This document shows, one piece after another, positions 26,978 through 39,515 of a DNA stretch of 64,000 bases (position 1 is its first letter; every line of letters begins with the position of its first letter). The position numbers were made by a program, and so were the translations under genes. Source of the DNA: Ramazzottius varieornatus (taxonomy: Eukaryota > Animalia > Tardigrada); the NCBI GenBank assembly GCA_001949185.1, contig BDGG01000002.1, positions 6,686,448-6,750,447 of the forward strand. Reading direction: 5' to 3'. Below the pieces are notes generated by a model, which worked only from the letters and a program-made list of their open reading frames with translations, had not been told where the DNA came from and made no database searches.

Positions 26978-28182
26978 TTATCCAGAGAGATCTTCAGCAA
27001 TAGCCAAAGGTCCGCCATGTTCCTCATGCTCGTACTTCTTGCTGAAATAGTGTGCTAGCTCGGCGATGTTCTGGACAATGGCGATGATGTTCTTCATAAC
27101 GAAAAGGGCGTTGGTGAACTGATGGTCCGTCCACAAGAAAACCCGGATGATCAGGAAAGGCATGTTGCCAAAGACAGTCGACAAGATGGTTTGGAATATG
27201 TAAAAGTTCTCACGAGGCTTTTCTCTGCTGAAGTTGGAACCGCTAAGCTGGTACAGTCCGATGGCGGGAAGAATGAAGTTGATGCAGGTAAAAGCCAAAA
27301 TCATGTTGAAAACGAAGGTCGGTATCAGCAGGTTGTGTTCAGCCGTAAAGAGGATCGTCAAGAATTCCACGGAATCGACTATTTCCAGAAGAACATGTTG
27401 CTGCATGAACTTCAGACAGACCTTCTGTGAAGGCGTGGGACGTCGTTTTCGGCCTGGAGAATAAAGAGGAACTTCGTCAAAGAGGACCAAGGTTCGACAC
27501 GAGGAAATGTCATATGGGACGTCGGCAAATGAAGTGCGCACCATCGTTATCTCCAGTGGCGCACTTTTCCATCTTCTTGGCTAATAGTCTGCGCCACTTG
27601 AGAAAACGAGCATGGTCAAGTCATTTGCCGATGTCCCATATTGCCTTGTCACTGAATAATCGACATTACGTAATTTATGTAAGTCTTAATGTGATGGTTA
27701 CGCTTTTGTGGACGTAACAGAATCCTCACAGAATCCTCACCAGCAATGATGAATGCGAAGACTCCTCCAGTTCCAGCAATTGCAAATTCAAGCAGGTTCG
27801 TTCCCCATGCTTGTTCCCCTCCCAGCAAAGACCCAAACGTCTTGAAAATGACAGCGATCTTGGCGACAAGGAGACCGCTGTAGATCAACCATGTAAACCA
27901 TACACCCGGAAGTATGGCCGGAGGACGCAGTGCCTTGGCACCATGCTTCCAGTCTTCGGTCAGCTTGCGACGGTTCTCGTCCTGTTCGATTTTGTCGTAA
28001 CGCTGGTGGTACCTGTGAGAATAGTAAAACCCTCCGAAAAGACACAAGATGGTGATACAATCGGCGATGATCCAAGGAGCCCAGGATGATCCATTGTAGA
28101 TGATGAGGAAGTGGTCCAGTATGGCGCCTTGCGTGATTACGGCAGCTACAGTCAAACCTCCCGTAAGGTATTCCCGACGCAT
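26978..28182 (-). CDS. TMEM121/CECR6-family multipass membrane protein, 2 exons
   Basis: QGAILDHFLI..WAPWIIAD, WFTWLIYSGLLVAKIAVIF, LEIVDSVEFLTILF, NMPFLIIRVFLW..LFVMKN. Intron ~27454-27739. Confidence 0.7.
27515..27638. repeat. Intronic fold-back element copy 4, best preserved (core 27553-27600), TMEM121-like
   Basis: TA-TGGGACGTCGGCAAATGA...CAGTGGCGCAC..TGCGCCACTTG...TCATTTGCCGATGTCCCA-TA. Confidence 0.9.
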
Positions 28183-28547
28183 AATTGTGTGTAGGCAGGA
28201 GATAACCGCGAAAATACGAAGACCTAGGTAGCAGTCCTAGAAGACTCTCGAAATTGCGGGAAAGATCAAAAGGGAAGACATAAAGGGACTTTGCCAAATG
28301 GGACTCGCTGGATTGCTGATGTATTAATGTACAGTATATCCTTGTTGTGATCGATCCCGCACCTCTGTGATATCGATAACAATCGCTTTCATTTGCAGTT
28401 TTGTTTGGTCCAGCATCAATCAATACGAAGATAAGAAAAGCATTTTGAAAACGCGATTTTCTACTCGAAAAATTACATCGGAAGTACAACGACTAAGTTA
28501 AAGCTTTAACTAGGAAAACTAGAAAAATAAAATCATCATGGCAGAAT

Positions 28548-29030
28548 TCACGGTTTTGCTGCTGGCTCATATTTGGCTACCAGTTCTTTCTGATACGCAA
28601 GATCCGACTTCCACAGCTGGTAGGCCTCTTCATATTGCTTGTCTTTCGCCTGCCGGACGCGTAAACTGCGATCTTGGAGTTTGCGCAGTTGTGCTCGGAT
28701 TTGGACCATCTGCTCTCTAGCGGAGCGGAGTTTCTGCAGGTAGAGGCTAGCTTTCCGTGCTTCTTCCTCCAGGTCGAATGTGTCGAGCGAGTCGGCAAAC
28801 CTCCAGTTTGCTTCTTTGATGCTGCTAAGGACGGTCGACTGAGCATAGAGAGTCTCGCATAGCAGCTTCCCAATATCCTGGTCGGTTCGCAGTACGATTT
28901 CTTCTCTCTCGCTAGCTCCTGGCACGGAGGACATGGAGATGTTTGACTGGGAGTTGGGTTTCAGGCTGAGCGTGCTGATGTTGCAGATATCGTCGATTCC
29001 TATGTCCGCTTCTGGACCCATCTGAAACAT
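28548..29030 (-). CDS. BLOC1S6: Pallidin / BLOC-1 subunit 6
   Basis: QSTVLSSIKEANWRF..FDLEEEARKASLYLQKLRSAREQMVQIRAQLRKLQDRSLRVRQAK..QKELVAK parallels the pallidin C-terminal coiled coil. Confidence 0.75.
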   Translation of the reverse strand: MFQMGPEADIGIDDICNISTLSLKPNSQSNISMSSVPGASEREEIVLRTDQDIGKLLCETLYAQSTVLSSIKEANWRFADSLDTFDLEEEARKASLYLQKLRSAREQMVQIRAQLRKLQDRSLRVRQAKDKQYEEAYQLWKSDLAYQKELVAKYEPAAKP

Positions 29031-29283
29031 GGTGGATTAGTAATTCTGCAGAACACCTGTAACTACCAAGATCCTTCACTCGCGCTAAGAAGCCAAGGCT
29101 AGGTTGCGCTAATGGACGGAGAATCGGAGATCTGGCAAAGCCTCTAGACTGTAAAGTGGGATCCGGAGCCTGGAAGGTCCAACGAAGCCATATACTAATC
29201 TCAGATCAGCTGATCTCTGTTTACGTTTTATGCCAGCTGACATGTCATATATGTCACGCTGTCTGGTCATCACGTCTGAAGTG

Positions 29284-29682
29284 CACTGATGTGCTGCTGA
29301 AGCGCGCGTTGCTGGAAGGAAGGAAGGAAGGAAGGACACCGTGAAGTATTTTTGACGTCATGAGTCAAAGCATAATGCGGGCCAGATTTTAGTCATGACG
29401 TAACCATTCCGTGACGTATCAGATTGTTAATCCGACCGAAAAGTAAGATCATTCAATCAATCTGCACCGCAGCTTGGATGTGAAAAAGAAACAAAACCAC
29501 ACTTCGGTTGATTGACTGCAACTGTTAGCTCAATATTTGAAAAAGCACTTCTACCGGGATTCGATTCCAAGGTTTCCTATATGCAAGACCTGGCTCCGGT
29601 AAATTTATGGTCTGCCAGTTTAATTTTGCGTGTTCTGGCTTGTCATGCTCCGACAGACGCGCGCTTCAGCAGCACATTAGTG
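29284..29682. mobile_element. hAT-type MITE, 399 bp, between the divergent BLOC1S6 and EI24 genes
   Basis: 26-bp TIR CACTGATGTGCTGCTGAAGCGCGCGT with one mismatch. Perfect 8-bp TSD CTGAAGTG at 29276-29283 and 29683-29690. Internal (GGAA)n. Confidence 0.9.
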
Positions 29683-29899
29683 CTGAAGTGAAGTCTAGTT
29701 CTTCCGTTAATTTTGCTCTCTTCCTTTTCTTCTAATCATCTTTTCTTTGCTCAACTGTGCAGAATCCAGATTGGGGAAGCTCGAAGCGTGTTTTCTTGTT
29801 TCAGGAACGGGAGTTTAACGAAAGAAATGGACATGGCGATGGACATGGAAGGAACAGATCGTCGATAGCATTCTATCCGTAATCCTGATCCGATTAACG

Positions 29900-31611
29900 A
29901 TGTCGACGAACGATCTGCTGCAGCTTACAAGATCCTTTGTGTATGGTGTCCGGGATGCGCTGTCAGGATTCACTATTATCCACAGGTTGAAGAGCCAAGA
30001 TACTCAGAATGCCTTGGAGGGCGAGAAGACCACTCTAGCTGTGGTGACAGAACTGCAAAGAAGACGAGTTGAACGACTTCCGGTGCGCCCAGAGAAAAAG
30101 TCAGAGTGAGTGTGGTCCTCCACAACTTATGAAACGACAACTTGGCTTATCGCAGAATTTCGGTCGACTTCAATCTTTAACTGCTCCTTTGATTTCAGAC
30201 GTCCGAAGATCCGAAGGCGGATTTTGCAGTGCTGTCTTCTGAACGGTGGAGTGTTTCTGGTAAGGGATTTTTCAACCATCTTCGGAGGTTTCAGCCCTAA
30301 GTGCAGACTTTCGAGTCCTTCCCTAACTAGCGGTAGACCACTGTAGTGTGTTGCTCGATCAGTATCGCGTTGCAGGCTAGCATCTTCGCGTTTGAACATT
30401 TGATCCTTCCTGTTCTGGAGCAGTTGACGCTTGTTGTATTAGGTGAGTTGTACTGCATGATATCCGATTCGAGAATCGAGAGATATCACTAAACAGCTGC
30501 TGTACCATTCTTACAGTCCTAACGACAAAGATATATAACAAGATCTTTTTGTTTTCAGGGCACAAGGAAGCCATGCGAGTAGTCGTATGGAGTTGGGTTT
30601 CCTTCCTTATGTCCGCCGTCTTTAAGGTTCTCTGGATCCTCCCATTGTTCGTCCTGAGCAGAGTGGTCAGCTTCACCTGGTTTCAGGTACGACAACACTT
30701 TCTCGTCAATAAAAAGCCATCTATTAATACGATGTTCAAGATTGGCTTGCTGTGCACGTACTTTCATGAGCAGGATATTGCCGATGCCGCGTACAATCGC
30801 TTCCATCCGAGGACCATCTCGGCAAAAATGTCACCTGGCATGTTTATCGCCGACGTCCTTTTCAGCTTACTGGTTCAGACCTTGTTCTTATGTCAGGTGA
30901 TACCAATGTGGAGCTTATCAGTGATCTTTCTCGAATGATGTACAATAGTTTACTTGCAGGCGCAGCTGGCTTCCGCCCTGCCTATTCCAGCCGTTGCCCA
31001 AATTCTCTTCATCTTCCATCTCAGCTTACTCAACGCATTTTATGCTTTCGAGTACAAATGGTTTAACCTAGGTGTGCATACAGCATAATAACGCGAGCGG
31101 CTAATTATCGTCTCCGATTCTACTGTTAACAAGACGGCGTTTCTTAGGCTGGGAGGTAAATAAGCGCGTGAGCTATGTGGAAGCTCGTTGGCCATACTTC
31201 CTGGGATTTGGCTTACCTTTAGCCTTAGCGACCTCCTACACGGAAAGCTATTGGATCAAGTAAGTGCAGAATGTCGAGGATAACCAGTATTGGAACCTTT
31301 AAATACTTCTGAACGATGTCCATGCCTTTTCCAGCGGTTGCATTTTCTCCGTCCTCTTTCCGCTTCTGATTGTCTGCGCTAACGAAGCATCGCCCAACGA
31401 ACACTCAGCGTAAGTAGTATCCCCTCCTTGATTTTCCTGGTTAAGTGTATTCTTGGTTTCCATTTGGATGGATCAATGTTGTTCTTTCAGGCCTTTCTAC
31501 TTTCCGGTCTTCACCTTGGTCGTAAGCATTTCGAACGTGCTTTTTAGTCGAGGGACAAGCAAGGGTCAAAAGATCCTAAGCAAAGCGTCACGAGAAGAGG
31601 TTAACCGTTAA
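29900..31611 (+). CDS. EI24: Etoposide-induced protein 2.4 (autophagy membrane protein)
   Basis: RILQCCLLNGGVF, LWILPLFVLSRVV..WFQDIADAAY, YAFEYKWFNLGW..RVSYVEARWPYFLGFGLPLA. Confidence 0.93.
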
Positions 31612-31843
31612 AAACTGTTCGAGTACTTCCTCCAAAGAGGAGCTGGTCTCCGCTGGTTTTTGTCTTACCTTTTACCCTAAACTTTCTCGATTTTACATTG
31701 TGATGGAGCGGTAACTGAACCTTGGCCCGTAACTAAACATTGTTCAGCTTGAATTCTGCAGTTATATTTAATTTATAAAGTTGCTCAAGACACAGGACCT
31801 TCCGGTAAAACTATTGCTCGGAACCGATTGTTGACTCATTTAT

Positions 31844-33000
31844 TCAGTAAGTCATCTTGAATTTTTCCCGAAGGTAATCACCTCCGGTTATGGCAGGATA
31901 TCGGTTAGTGCCATCCAGGCATTCAACCAGGAAGTCGGAGTTGGGGTGCACGAAGAACGCCATACTTTGCCGGACCTTCCCATTTGCCGATTTGTTGTTA
32001 CAGGTCACTCGATGTCTCTGCAGTAGTTACACAGGTGCTCGAGTTTTGAATAGCTGCCACATTTTAAATGTTTTTCCTTACCGTCGATCGCAGGTAGTCC
32101 GATGTCCAACGTTGCAACAGATCCCCGACGTTGACCAAAACACAATCCGGAATGGGGGTAGCGGGTACGAACTCATCTTGCATGTTTTCTACTTCGAGCC
32201 CGCTAACTGCATCCTGATATAGTAAGGTTATAGTCCCGTAGTCCGAATGAGTTCCGCAGCGTAATAGTTCGCCCTCCGTATTTCTGGATACCTCGACGGG
32301 TGGATAAGATAGCAGTCGGAGTGTCGTGTCGCATTCTCGAGACCCAATCAAGCTGTGGCTTCGCTCGAAGATCGTCTTGTCTTGGAGGTCCAGACCTTTG
32401 GCTAGGCATGCGAATATTCGTGTGGTCAGTTCGGCGGACGCCGTGAAGAGGTCGGTAATGGCGCCTTCGAAGTCGGGTAAAGATTCCGGAAGACGCTAAA
32501 AAGTAAACGGACTGGCATGATGGAGGGTCGTCACAGGCATCCGTTACACTCGTAAATTTGAACATGCGAATATACCTTTCGGTCAAACGGGAGGAAATTG
32601 TACGCCTCGCGGAACTCCTTCTTACGCTTTTCCTCTTCTATAAAAACTCCCAGTTTCTCCATTCCGACTGGCACGTATCCGCTGTTGACATCCGCACCTT
32701 CTGGTCTGCGATATCTCAGCTTTTCCTCCTGAGAAAGGCGGAAAAAGTCCGCGGAGACCTCGAAGGCCTTTTGAATCTGAAACAATATTTATGCACAGCA
32801 CATGAAATGAATCTGAGACTTGGTTTATGCATTGCTTTGATGACCCGTATGGGGCTTACCAATCTACTGTCGATGCCGTGATTCCGCAGGTAGACAAAGC
32901 CAACGGTGTGAAGGATCTCCACCAGGCGGGCAGCAAAGCCTTCTTCATCGCGCAGGGTAAAGTCAAGCTGGGGTATCCGAGTTTCCCTGCTTTCATCCAT
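31844..33000 (-). CDS. 2-oxoglutarate/Fe(II) dioxygenase, DIOX_N/IPNS-like
   Basis: IPQLDF..VGFVYLRNHGI, HSDYGTITLL (HxD), VNVGDLLQRWT..ST|.HRV (distal His), RQSMAFF (RxS). Confidence 0.92.
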
Positions 33001-33879
33001 GCTGAAACAGGAAAAGAAGCCGCAGTATTTCGTGTCGTCCAGATCAGCGAAATAAGCCTATGCGTCTGAAGTGGGGAAAAGATAGAGCAATCTTCACTGA
33101 TACGTCCAAAGCGAACCAAAAGCGAAGTCTAAAGTACAATAGGTCAGACCTTGACGGGTCCTTGTCTTCTGTCTCTTTCTATTTTAGACATTTGGTTTCA
33201 ACGTTTCGAAAGAAATCAAGGAAAATCAAACCACCATTGTTTCTAGAATCTACACTGCGCTAATTCCAAGAACCATGCTGACCACTGGTCTAGCGACTAC
33301 TTATTTCCCTCTCCGCGCCTACGTTCGTGCCGTGAGCGCGTTCGGGTAATTAAGTTGCCACTCGAGTTCACTTTGCAACTGTAGCTACGGCCTTGCTCCG
33401 CCCCTTTCGTAACGTGCAACTACATTTCGCTTTCCGGAGCTCCCCTTATTTTCGAAAAATAGCGTAATCGGAGTTACGGTTGGCTAGCATTGGGAAGCAT
33501 GGTGGCTGCCCAACTATTCAAAGTTCTGATCAGCTGCTGCGCTTATGAGTGACGTTAAAACTCATCTTAGCTACAGTGGGACTTTCTTCGGCGATGGCAA
33601 CTTAATGTCTGTTTAAATAGCAAATAACGAGGTTGTAAGGGGGAACTTCACGACGATTGAAAGAATGTAAGAACAATGACAAGCATTCCAAAGAAGCCAC
33701 AACACAAAAGATGAAGCTAAAGAACAGATCAAAATTATTTAAAGGACAATCACGTAGCCGCGTTAGCGTGCGATGGTAGTGGAAAGTACATCGAGAAGAT
33801 CCCGCAAGTCTAGAACTTAATCTAAAGAAAGCTAGCGAAGAATAAAACAAGCCTTTATGAAAAGCCTATCAAAACAGTC

Positions 33880-34792
33880 TCATTGCTGATCACGGTTGCT
33901 CTTCACCTCAGCCTGGTCAGGGAAAGATCGGAAGAGGTCTCGCAACTTGTCGATCGGAGCAGTCAGCAGACCTGCAAGAAAGAAATATATCAAATAATCG
34001 AACTCGAAAATATCTGCAAAATCGGTTTCTACTTCGTAAAAGCCGGAAGAAAGTTTCTTACCAACGACAGTCTCGAACGGTGGCTTGTCAGGGGCGCTGG
34101 GGTGTGCGTGAGTGGGAACCAGCATCTTGGTTCGCTCGAAAGAGTTGCCTTGCGAGACCAGCTCGTCACGGGGAATGGCTTTGCGCAGCTGATCCAAGTC
34201 ACCACCGGCAGACTCTTCCATGGCGATGTGCTCCAACAGATCCTGCATCATGACATCGATCTTCTGTCGCTGCATGGCCGACATGGGCTTGCCATCCATC
34301 TCGCTCAGAGCCACCTTGGTTTTGAGATGATCCTCTCGCGACTTGTCAGCCAACTCTTTGCCGATCTGGCCGGTCTTTTCCAACAGGGGATAAAGCACCT
34401 GCAGAAAAACAACACAAACTCAATATCCACGAGAAGTCGTCAAAAACTGTGAGCTCGGCAACAGGAATGAACAATATTGTCTTCCATTTGGCGCATGTTT
34501 CCAGTGTCGTTGGTTGGAAGCGTGCGCCACTTGGCAAACCATTTTGTCGAGTTTTCTTGTAGACGTCCAAACTATCGCAAGATTTTTCTTAATATTAGCA
34601 ATCATCACCAGCATCATGAACTAAACATACCAGCTCTTCAGCAGCGGAATGACGGGCGATGGTCCACAGCAGTTGATTGAACCACTTCTCAGCTTCGTCA
34701 TCCGGAAGTGCCTTCACCTTCTCGTAGGCTTGCTTGATGTCATTATGATCGATGATGACTCGTTCTGTGACATCCACGTTGTTTCCCGACAT
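33880..34792 (-). CDS. Hemerythrin/HHE cation-binding domain protein, 3 exons
   Basis: DHND..ARHSAAEEL|VLYP..EDHLK..EHIAMEE di-iron ligand pattern, with C-terminal PTHAHPSAPDKPPFETVV|GLLTAPIDKLRDLFRSFP. Confidence 0.9.
34448..34556. repeat. Intronic fold-back element copy 5 (core 34485-34533), hemerythrin
   Basis: TTTGGCGCAT-N25-GTGCGCCACTTG with degenerate outer arms CTCGGCAA / TTGTCGAG. Confidence 0.8.
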
Positions 34793-35417
34793 GGTTGCGG
34801 TTGTGTTTCAGATGCTATGACCTGCAAAGGACCAGAAAAATGTCAGACACGAGCATGCAGCGGAATAGCTAGCCCCTACACCGCCGTAACACCGGGCAAG
34901 ATGCCGTCCCTGACCAACTCTCTCAAGAAGACAGGGAGCAGAGCTCTCGCTAGACCTGAAAGGAATCTGCTCTTACCTCTGCGATAGCTCCGAAGACTAA
35001 GGAATGAAAGTCTCGACGGAAGCTTCAAGGGAAATATCGATGAAGACGGATACGTGGTGGAAAAGCCGTAAGCTGTACAAGTTGCCTTTTTGAAAGTCCA
35101 CCGCTCCAGGCAGGACACTTATCAGTTTTCATCGCCCGGGAAAAACCCGTTGACATTATCTTCTAACATGGTCTTCTAGCGGGGGTGTGCGAAGCGATTA
35201 AATGCGAAACGGTACTACTGGGAAACCAGGCTGTAGCTGGCCGCCGCGAGAATTACGTACAACGAATCCTAACGAATCCAGAATCCAGATTTCCAAACAA
35301 CTCTTCACGATCTTCCCGAATTCTTGCCGCTTAGATCGACTGTCTGGTCCAAACTATCGCAATTCAGGACCGAATTTTGCAGTAGCGACTGGACCGCTTG
35401 AGTGTGATCAAAGTACG

Positions 35418-36945
35418 ATGGCAGAAGACGACAACGATGCAGTCACCTCAACCGCTGCAGCCCAGGATAACCCGGAGGAGGGTGAAGAAACTGCGGATGC
35501 TGACGAAGAACTGTATGTCGTGGAGGAGATCCTCGCCAAACGAGTAAAGAACAACGTCCTTGAGGTGTGTGACGAATGTTATAGCACTTGTTTCCGTTCT
35601 GTTTCGAAACACACTGATATGCATCTTTCGTTTCAGTACAAGGTTAAGTGGGAAGGCTACGACTTGAGCGAAGCAACATGGCAGACCGGTGATGATCTCA
35701 CTAACTGTGCAGCTGTCATTGAGCAATTTGAAACCAAGCTGAAGGAAGAAAAGCGGGAGAAGCGAAGGAAGATTGGGTTGTCACAGCCTCCTCTGGCGAC
35801 CAGGAATGATATTCCGTCCGAAAGTAGGTGAATCGTTGCAAACTGGCGCACTCTGTCAGCCTTTAACAATGTTAACGTGCGCTGCTTGACCTGAAACCGA
35901 TTGGCAACCACCCGTTTCTAGTCAATTTGTTTATATGACAAGTAGCCTTAAGTTTTGTCATTGATCGTTACAGGTGGTAGTTCCATCCCGCCGGATGCTA
36001 AAGTGCTTTCTCAGTCAATTGTTTCGAGTCCTTCAGCTTTACAGAATATCGAACCACAACAGCCAACGTCGTCTCAGTCCCAGTGTGCAATCAACAATCC
36101 GCTCGTTACTGTGCTCGACGGGCATCGTCTGAGTCCATCGGCTAGCCAGAAGCTGAGTGTGACACAAAAGAGGAAACGGCCAAGTGGCCTGTTGGAAGCT
36201 AACGAAGTATCACAGCCTCATCTGAACGGATCGATCAGCCACTCACAGAAGAAGGTGCAGTCGGAAAAGCGACAGAAGATCCAAGCCATCCACATATTCA
36301 ACTCTAACGAGCGTCAACCTCCACCATCATCATCGCCAGAAATTACACCTGCCAGTCATGCAGGACGTTCCGAACTTGCGAAGACAATGGCTCCTGTTAC
36401 GCTTTCCATACGGAAGAAACCACCTTCGCTACCCAAGTCCGCTAGAGCTCCCTCCACAAGTTTCGAATCTCCGACGCTAGTAGCCGCGTTACAGCGCTCC
36501 AAATATGGTGATCCAAGAACTCAGACAGAAGTGAATCAAGTTATCTACGAGTTCACCGACGAGGTAAACCTCTAATCGAAAACTAGGGTCGGCAAACGAA
36601 ACACACAAAGATCGTTACTTCGGCTGCCGTACCTTTCCGCTGCCGCTGGCTGGAAACGTGCGCCACTTGAACTGATGATGTAATATTCGCTCTTCTGCGT
36701 GTGATACATATTTTTGTGTGCTGTAGGAACGACAGATTCTGGAATTGAGAAGGCTCGCACCGAAGGTCATAACCTGTCTAGGTATGGTGAAGAATGCTGG
36801 GGAAGAATTTCCGCGAGTAGTGATGGGCTTCAGTGGGGAGAATGGAGGTGCCAACTTTTCCAAGACCTTCTTACTCTCCGTCGTCCGAGAGATTCTTCCT
36901 ACTAAGCTGCTGGACTTTTACGAAAGCTGTATCCATTTTGAGTGA
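35418..36945 (+). CDS. HP1/CBX-like protein (chromodomain, long hinge, divergent chromo-shadow)
   Basis: LYVVEEILAKR..E|YKVKWEGY..ATW with aromatic cage Y/W/Y. C-terminal VREILPTKLLDFYESCIHF resembles the chromo-shadow motif PxxVIxFYE. Confidence 0.82.
35831..35915. repeat. Intronic fold-back element copy 6 (core 35840-35888), HP1-like
   Basis: ATCGTT..AACTGGCGCAC TCTGTCAGCCTTTAACAATG..GTGCGCTGCTTG. Confidence 0.72.
36583..36680. repeat. Intronic fold-back element copy 7 (core 36621-36669), HP1-like
   Basis: GGGTCGGCAAACGA..GATCGTT..TGGCTGGAAACGTGCGCCACTTG. Confidence 0.75.
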
Positions 36946-37515
36946 GAATAAGTAAGAATAATAAGAATAGTTGTGATTGACAGGGATTGTTTGGACTTTT
37001 TTATGACGTTCCTACAGCAGAGCAGAAATTTTTACTGACGTTGTTACTTGAGCTTTGAGCGATCTCTGACAGGCTTGAGGATCACTTCCAATCTCTTTCA
37101 ACTTTCAAGCCCTCTTTTGCACGGGTCATACAATGTGATAAATGCTCTTCCCTTTCGAACTAGACCTGGTCCTGTCTAGCTTGTTGACAAACTGATTCCC
37201 AGTAAAGTTTTGTGCTTTCTCTTCGTTTTGGTTGACCGGAGAAGAGATTCAACAGATCTCGAAGAAACGATGCTTGACCAAACAACATAAGAATGCTGGG
37301 AGTGATAGTATCATGGGCATCGCAAGCCAAGCAGTTTTGGGTTCGTGGTGATCAACATCATGCTTTCTGTTTTGACCTCTGGTTCTTTGCTCGGCTTTTC
37401 TAACCAACCGTAGCAACATTTATGACGCACGAGGTACTTACGATGTTTCAGGACTCCCATTTGAATCATAACAAAATCTTTATTTGCTAGAGTCTAAAAA
37501 GGTGCTCCGACGAAA

Positions 37516-39254
37516 ATGATAATCGAGTTGGATCCATCAGCTTCTGCGACACAACGTGAAGCGGCGAAAACGGACATTCCGGATCCACAAAGCGTGAAAT
37601 ACCATAGCGAAGCGGAAATAGCCGACTTTATCGAAAAACTCACGTAAGTAAAAGCCGCCATGGCTTTTTTGTGGGTCGAAGTGGAGTTGGTTAATAGCCG
37701 GAAGTATTGACAATTTCGCTGTGGAATTTTAGTAATAAAATCTCATATTTGAAGGACGAAACCGAGATCTTTCGACGCTATGCAGACCGGATCACTCAAG
37801 GAAAAGGTTTCAAGACTAAGGATCGGGATCCAAACTCGATGACGCGCGAGAGCGCGAATGACTTGTACGTTCTCTACGCATCTTTCGACTTGTACATGAT
37901 AGGAATCCCCAACTCACCTTTTGCTTATTTAGTGGTCAATCACATCTGGTTTTACTCACGGCGGAACAAAAGGCCGACATCGCCTCTCACGACGCAGACG
38001 AACTGCGCCGAGAACTTGCGCGCATCGAAGAAGATGTCAAAAAATATTCGGACAGATTTGAGGTAAGAATTTCTGACATTGTTGAGCACTCATAGAACTG
38101 TGACAGAACGTGATGAATCGTTTACCTGTAGTCCAAACTTCGAGAGTGTGGGCAGTTCAAGAAGTTCGTCGAGGACCAAGCTAAGGACTTTCGCTTTAAA
38201 GTGGCGAACCCAGCAGTTGGAGCCGAACGGTTGTTCAAATGGCTAGAGGTAATCCCAGGTGGCCGTCCGCTATACGTTGCATTCTAACTTGTCCCGGCGG
38301 ACTGATCATCTTTTTCCCCATGTTTTAGGAGTGTGTAAAAAATCTAGAGTCAATGCTTCGCTCTCAAAGTCTGACCAATGCATCGGACATGGCGCATATA
38401 CGCTCGCTGCAGCAAGCTTTAAGCAAACAGGCGGAGCTCGGAGAGAATCTGACACAGGTTTGCCAACTGCAAACTAGTACTTCTCGTCCCCAGTGAAGAG
38501 CATTATTCACCATATTATTCCACAGGTTGATTTCATGAAAGTAGAAATTGAGAACCGGTTGCTTGTCGAAGCTTTCGATAAGTCCAAGGCGGAAATTCAG
38601 AATACGAACCGTGAAAACAACGGAACCTCTATGGCTATCGCGGACTTCACTGTACGGTCTTCAGTTGTCACAGTTGATCATATTTGCAATAAACGTTTTC
38701 CTCTTCGTTGTTAGGGTCAGTCAATCGATCTTACCAAAGCCATTCAGGAAGGCCAGTCGAGGCTGGCAACCGAGAGGGAAATGATACGGAAGCTGAACAT
38801 CGAGCGCGAAAGGATTGGTGACATATTGGCAAAGCTCGAAAGCTGGATCCTCAAGGCAAAGGAACAAAACACAAGATGTCCTTCCATTGCCGTTTATATC
38901 CATGTAGAAAAAGACATCGAGCTTTTAGAACAACTGTGTAAAGAGTCTGAACGGAAGCTACAAATCGTCGAGGTACCAATCAACTCTTCCTGAAGACTGT
39001 AGCTTCCGATCCGTAGTCTTCATTCTTTATAGATGGCAAGCCGTGTAAGGCCCAGCTCGGCAGCAGCGTCCAGCATACCTCGTTTGTCCAGGGCTGAGTA
39101 CTTACGGAAGAAGATCGATGCAAATCTACCGCAAAGACTGAGTGGACTTCACCAAGAGCCGTATGAAATATCGGCACTTCCCGAGATCGCCCTTTCGGAA
39201 ATGATGCCGTCCTCGACGAAGGTTCGAATCGATCCAAGACCACAGCTGGTTTGA
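37516..39254 (+). CDS. CCDC113: CCDC113/CFAP263-like ciliary coiled-coil protein, multi-exon
   Basis: LTAEQKADIA, GAERLFKWLE, ELGENLTQ|VDFMKVEIEN (compare GEVLHEVDFEQLKIEN), PSIAVYI..ERKLQIVE|M. Confidence 0.7.
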
Positions 39255-39515
39255 ACTGTCTACTAACATTACGAACGACCACAATAAAGTCCTCTCTTAC
39301 GTATTTACAAACCACCGTATATACAATACAAGAATTAAAGAACGAGGAAGATATCAGCACGCATTCGAAACTGGAAAACTTGGGAGTTCAAAAAACGATG
39401 GAAATAGTTAGGAACTTAGGATGAAACATATTAGTAACGTTCTTAAAAAATTAAAAAAGGAATTTGAGCTGCATTATCACGCTTTGGTCCATCAAGTCAA
39501 AAAGAAGAATTATTA

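Noticed and set aside
33287-34956. 10-bp inverted repeat GGTCTAGCGA / TCGCTAGACC bracketing the hemerythrin gene (transposon capture?)
   Set aside because: Too short, with no TSD and no extension; consistent with chance.
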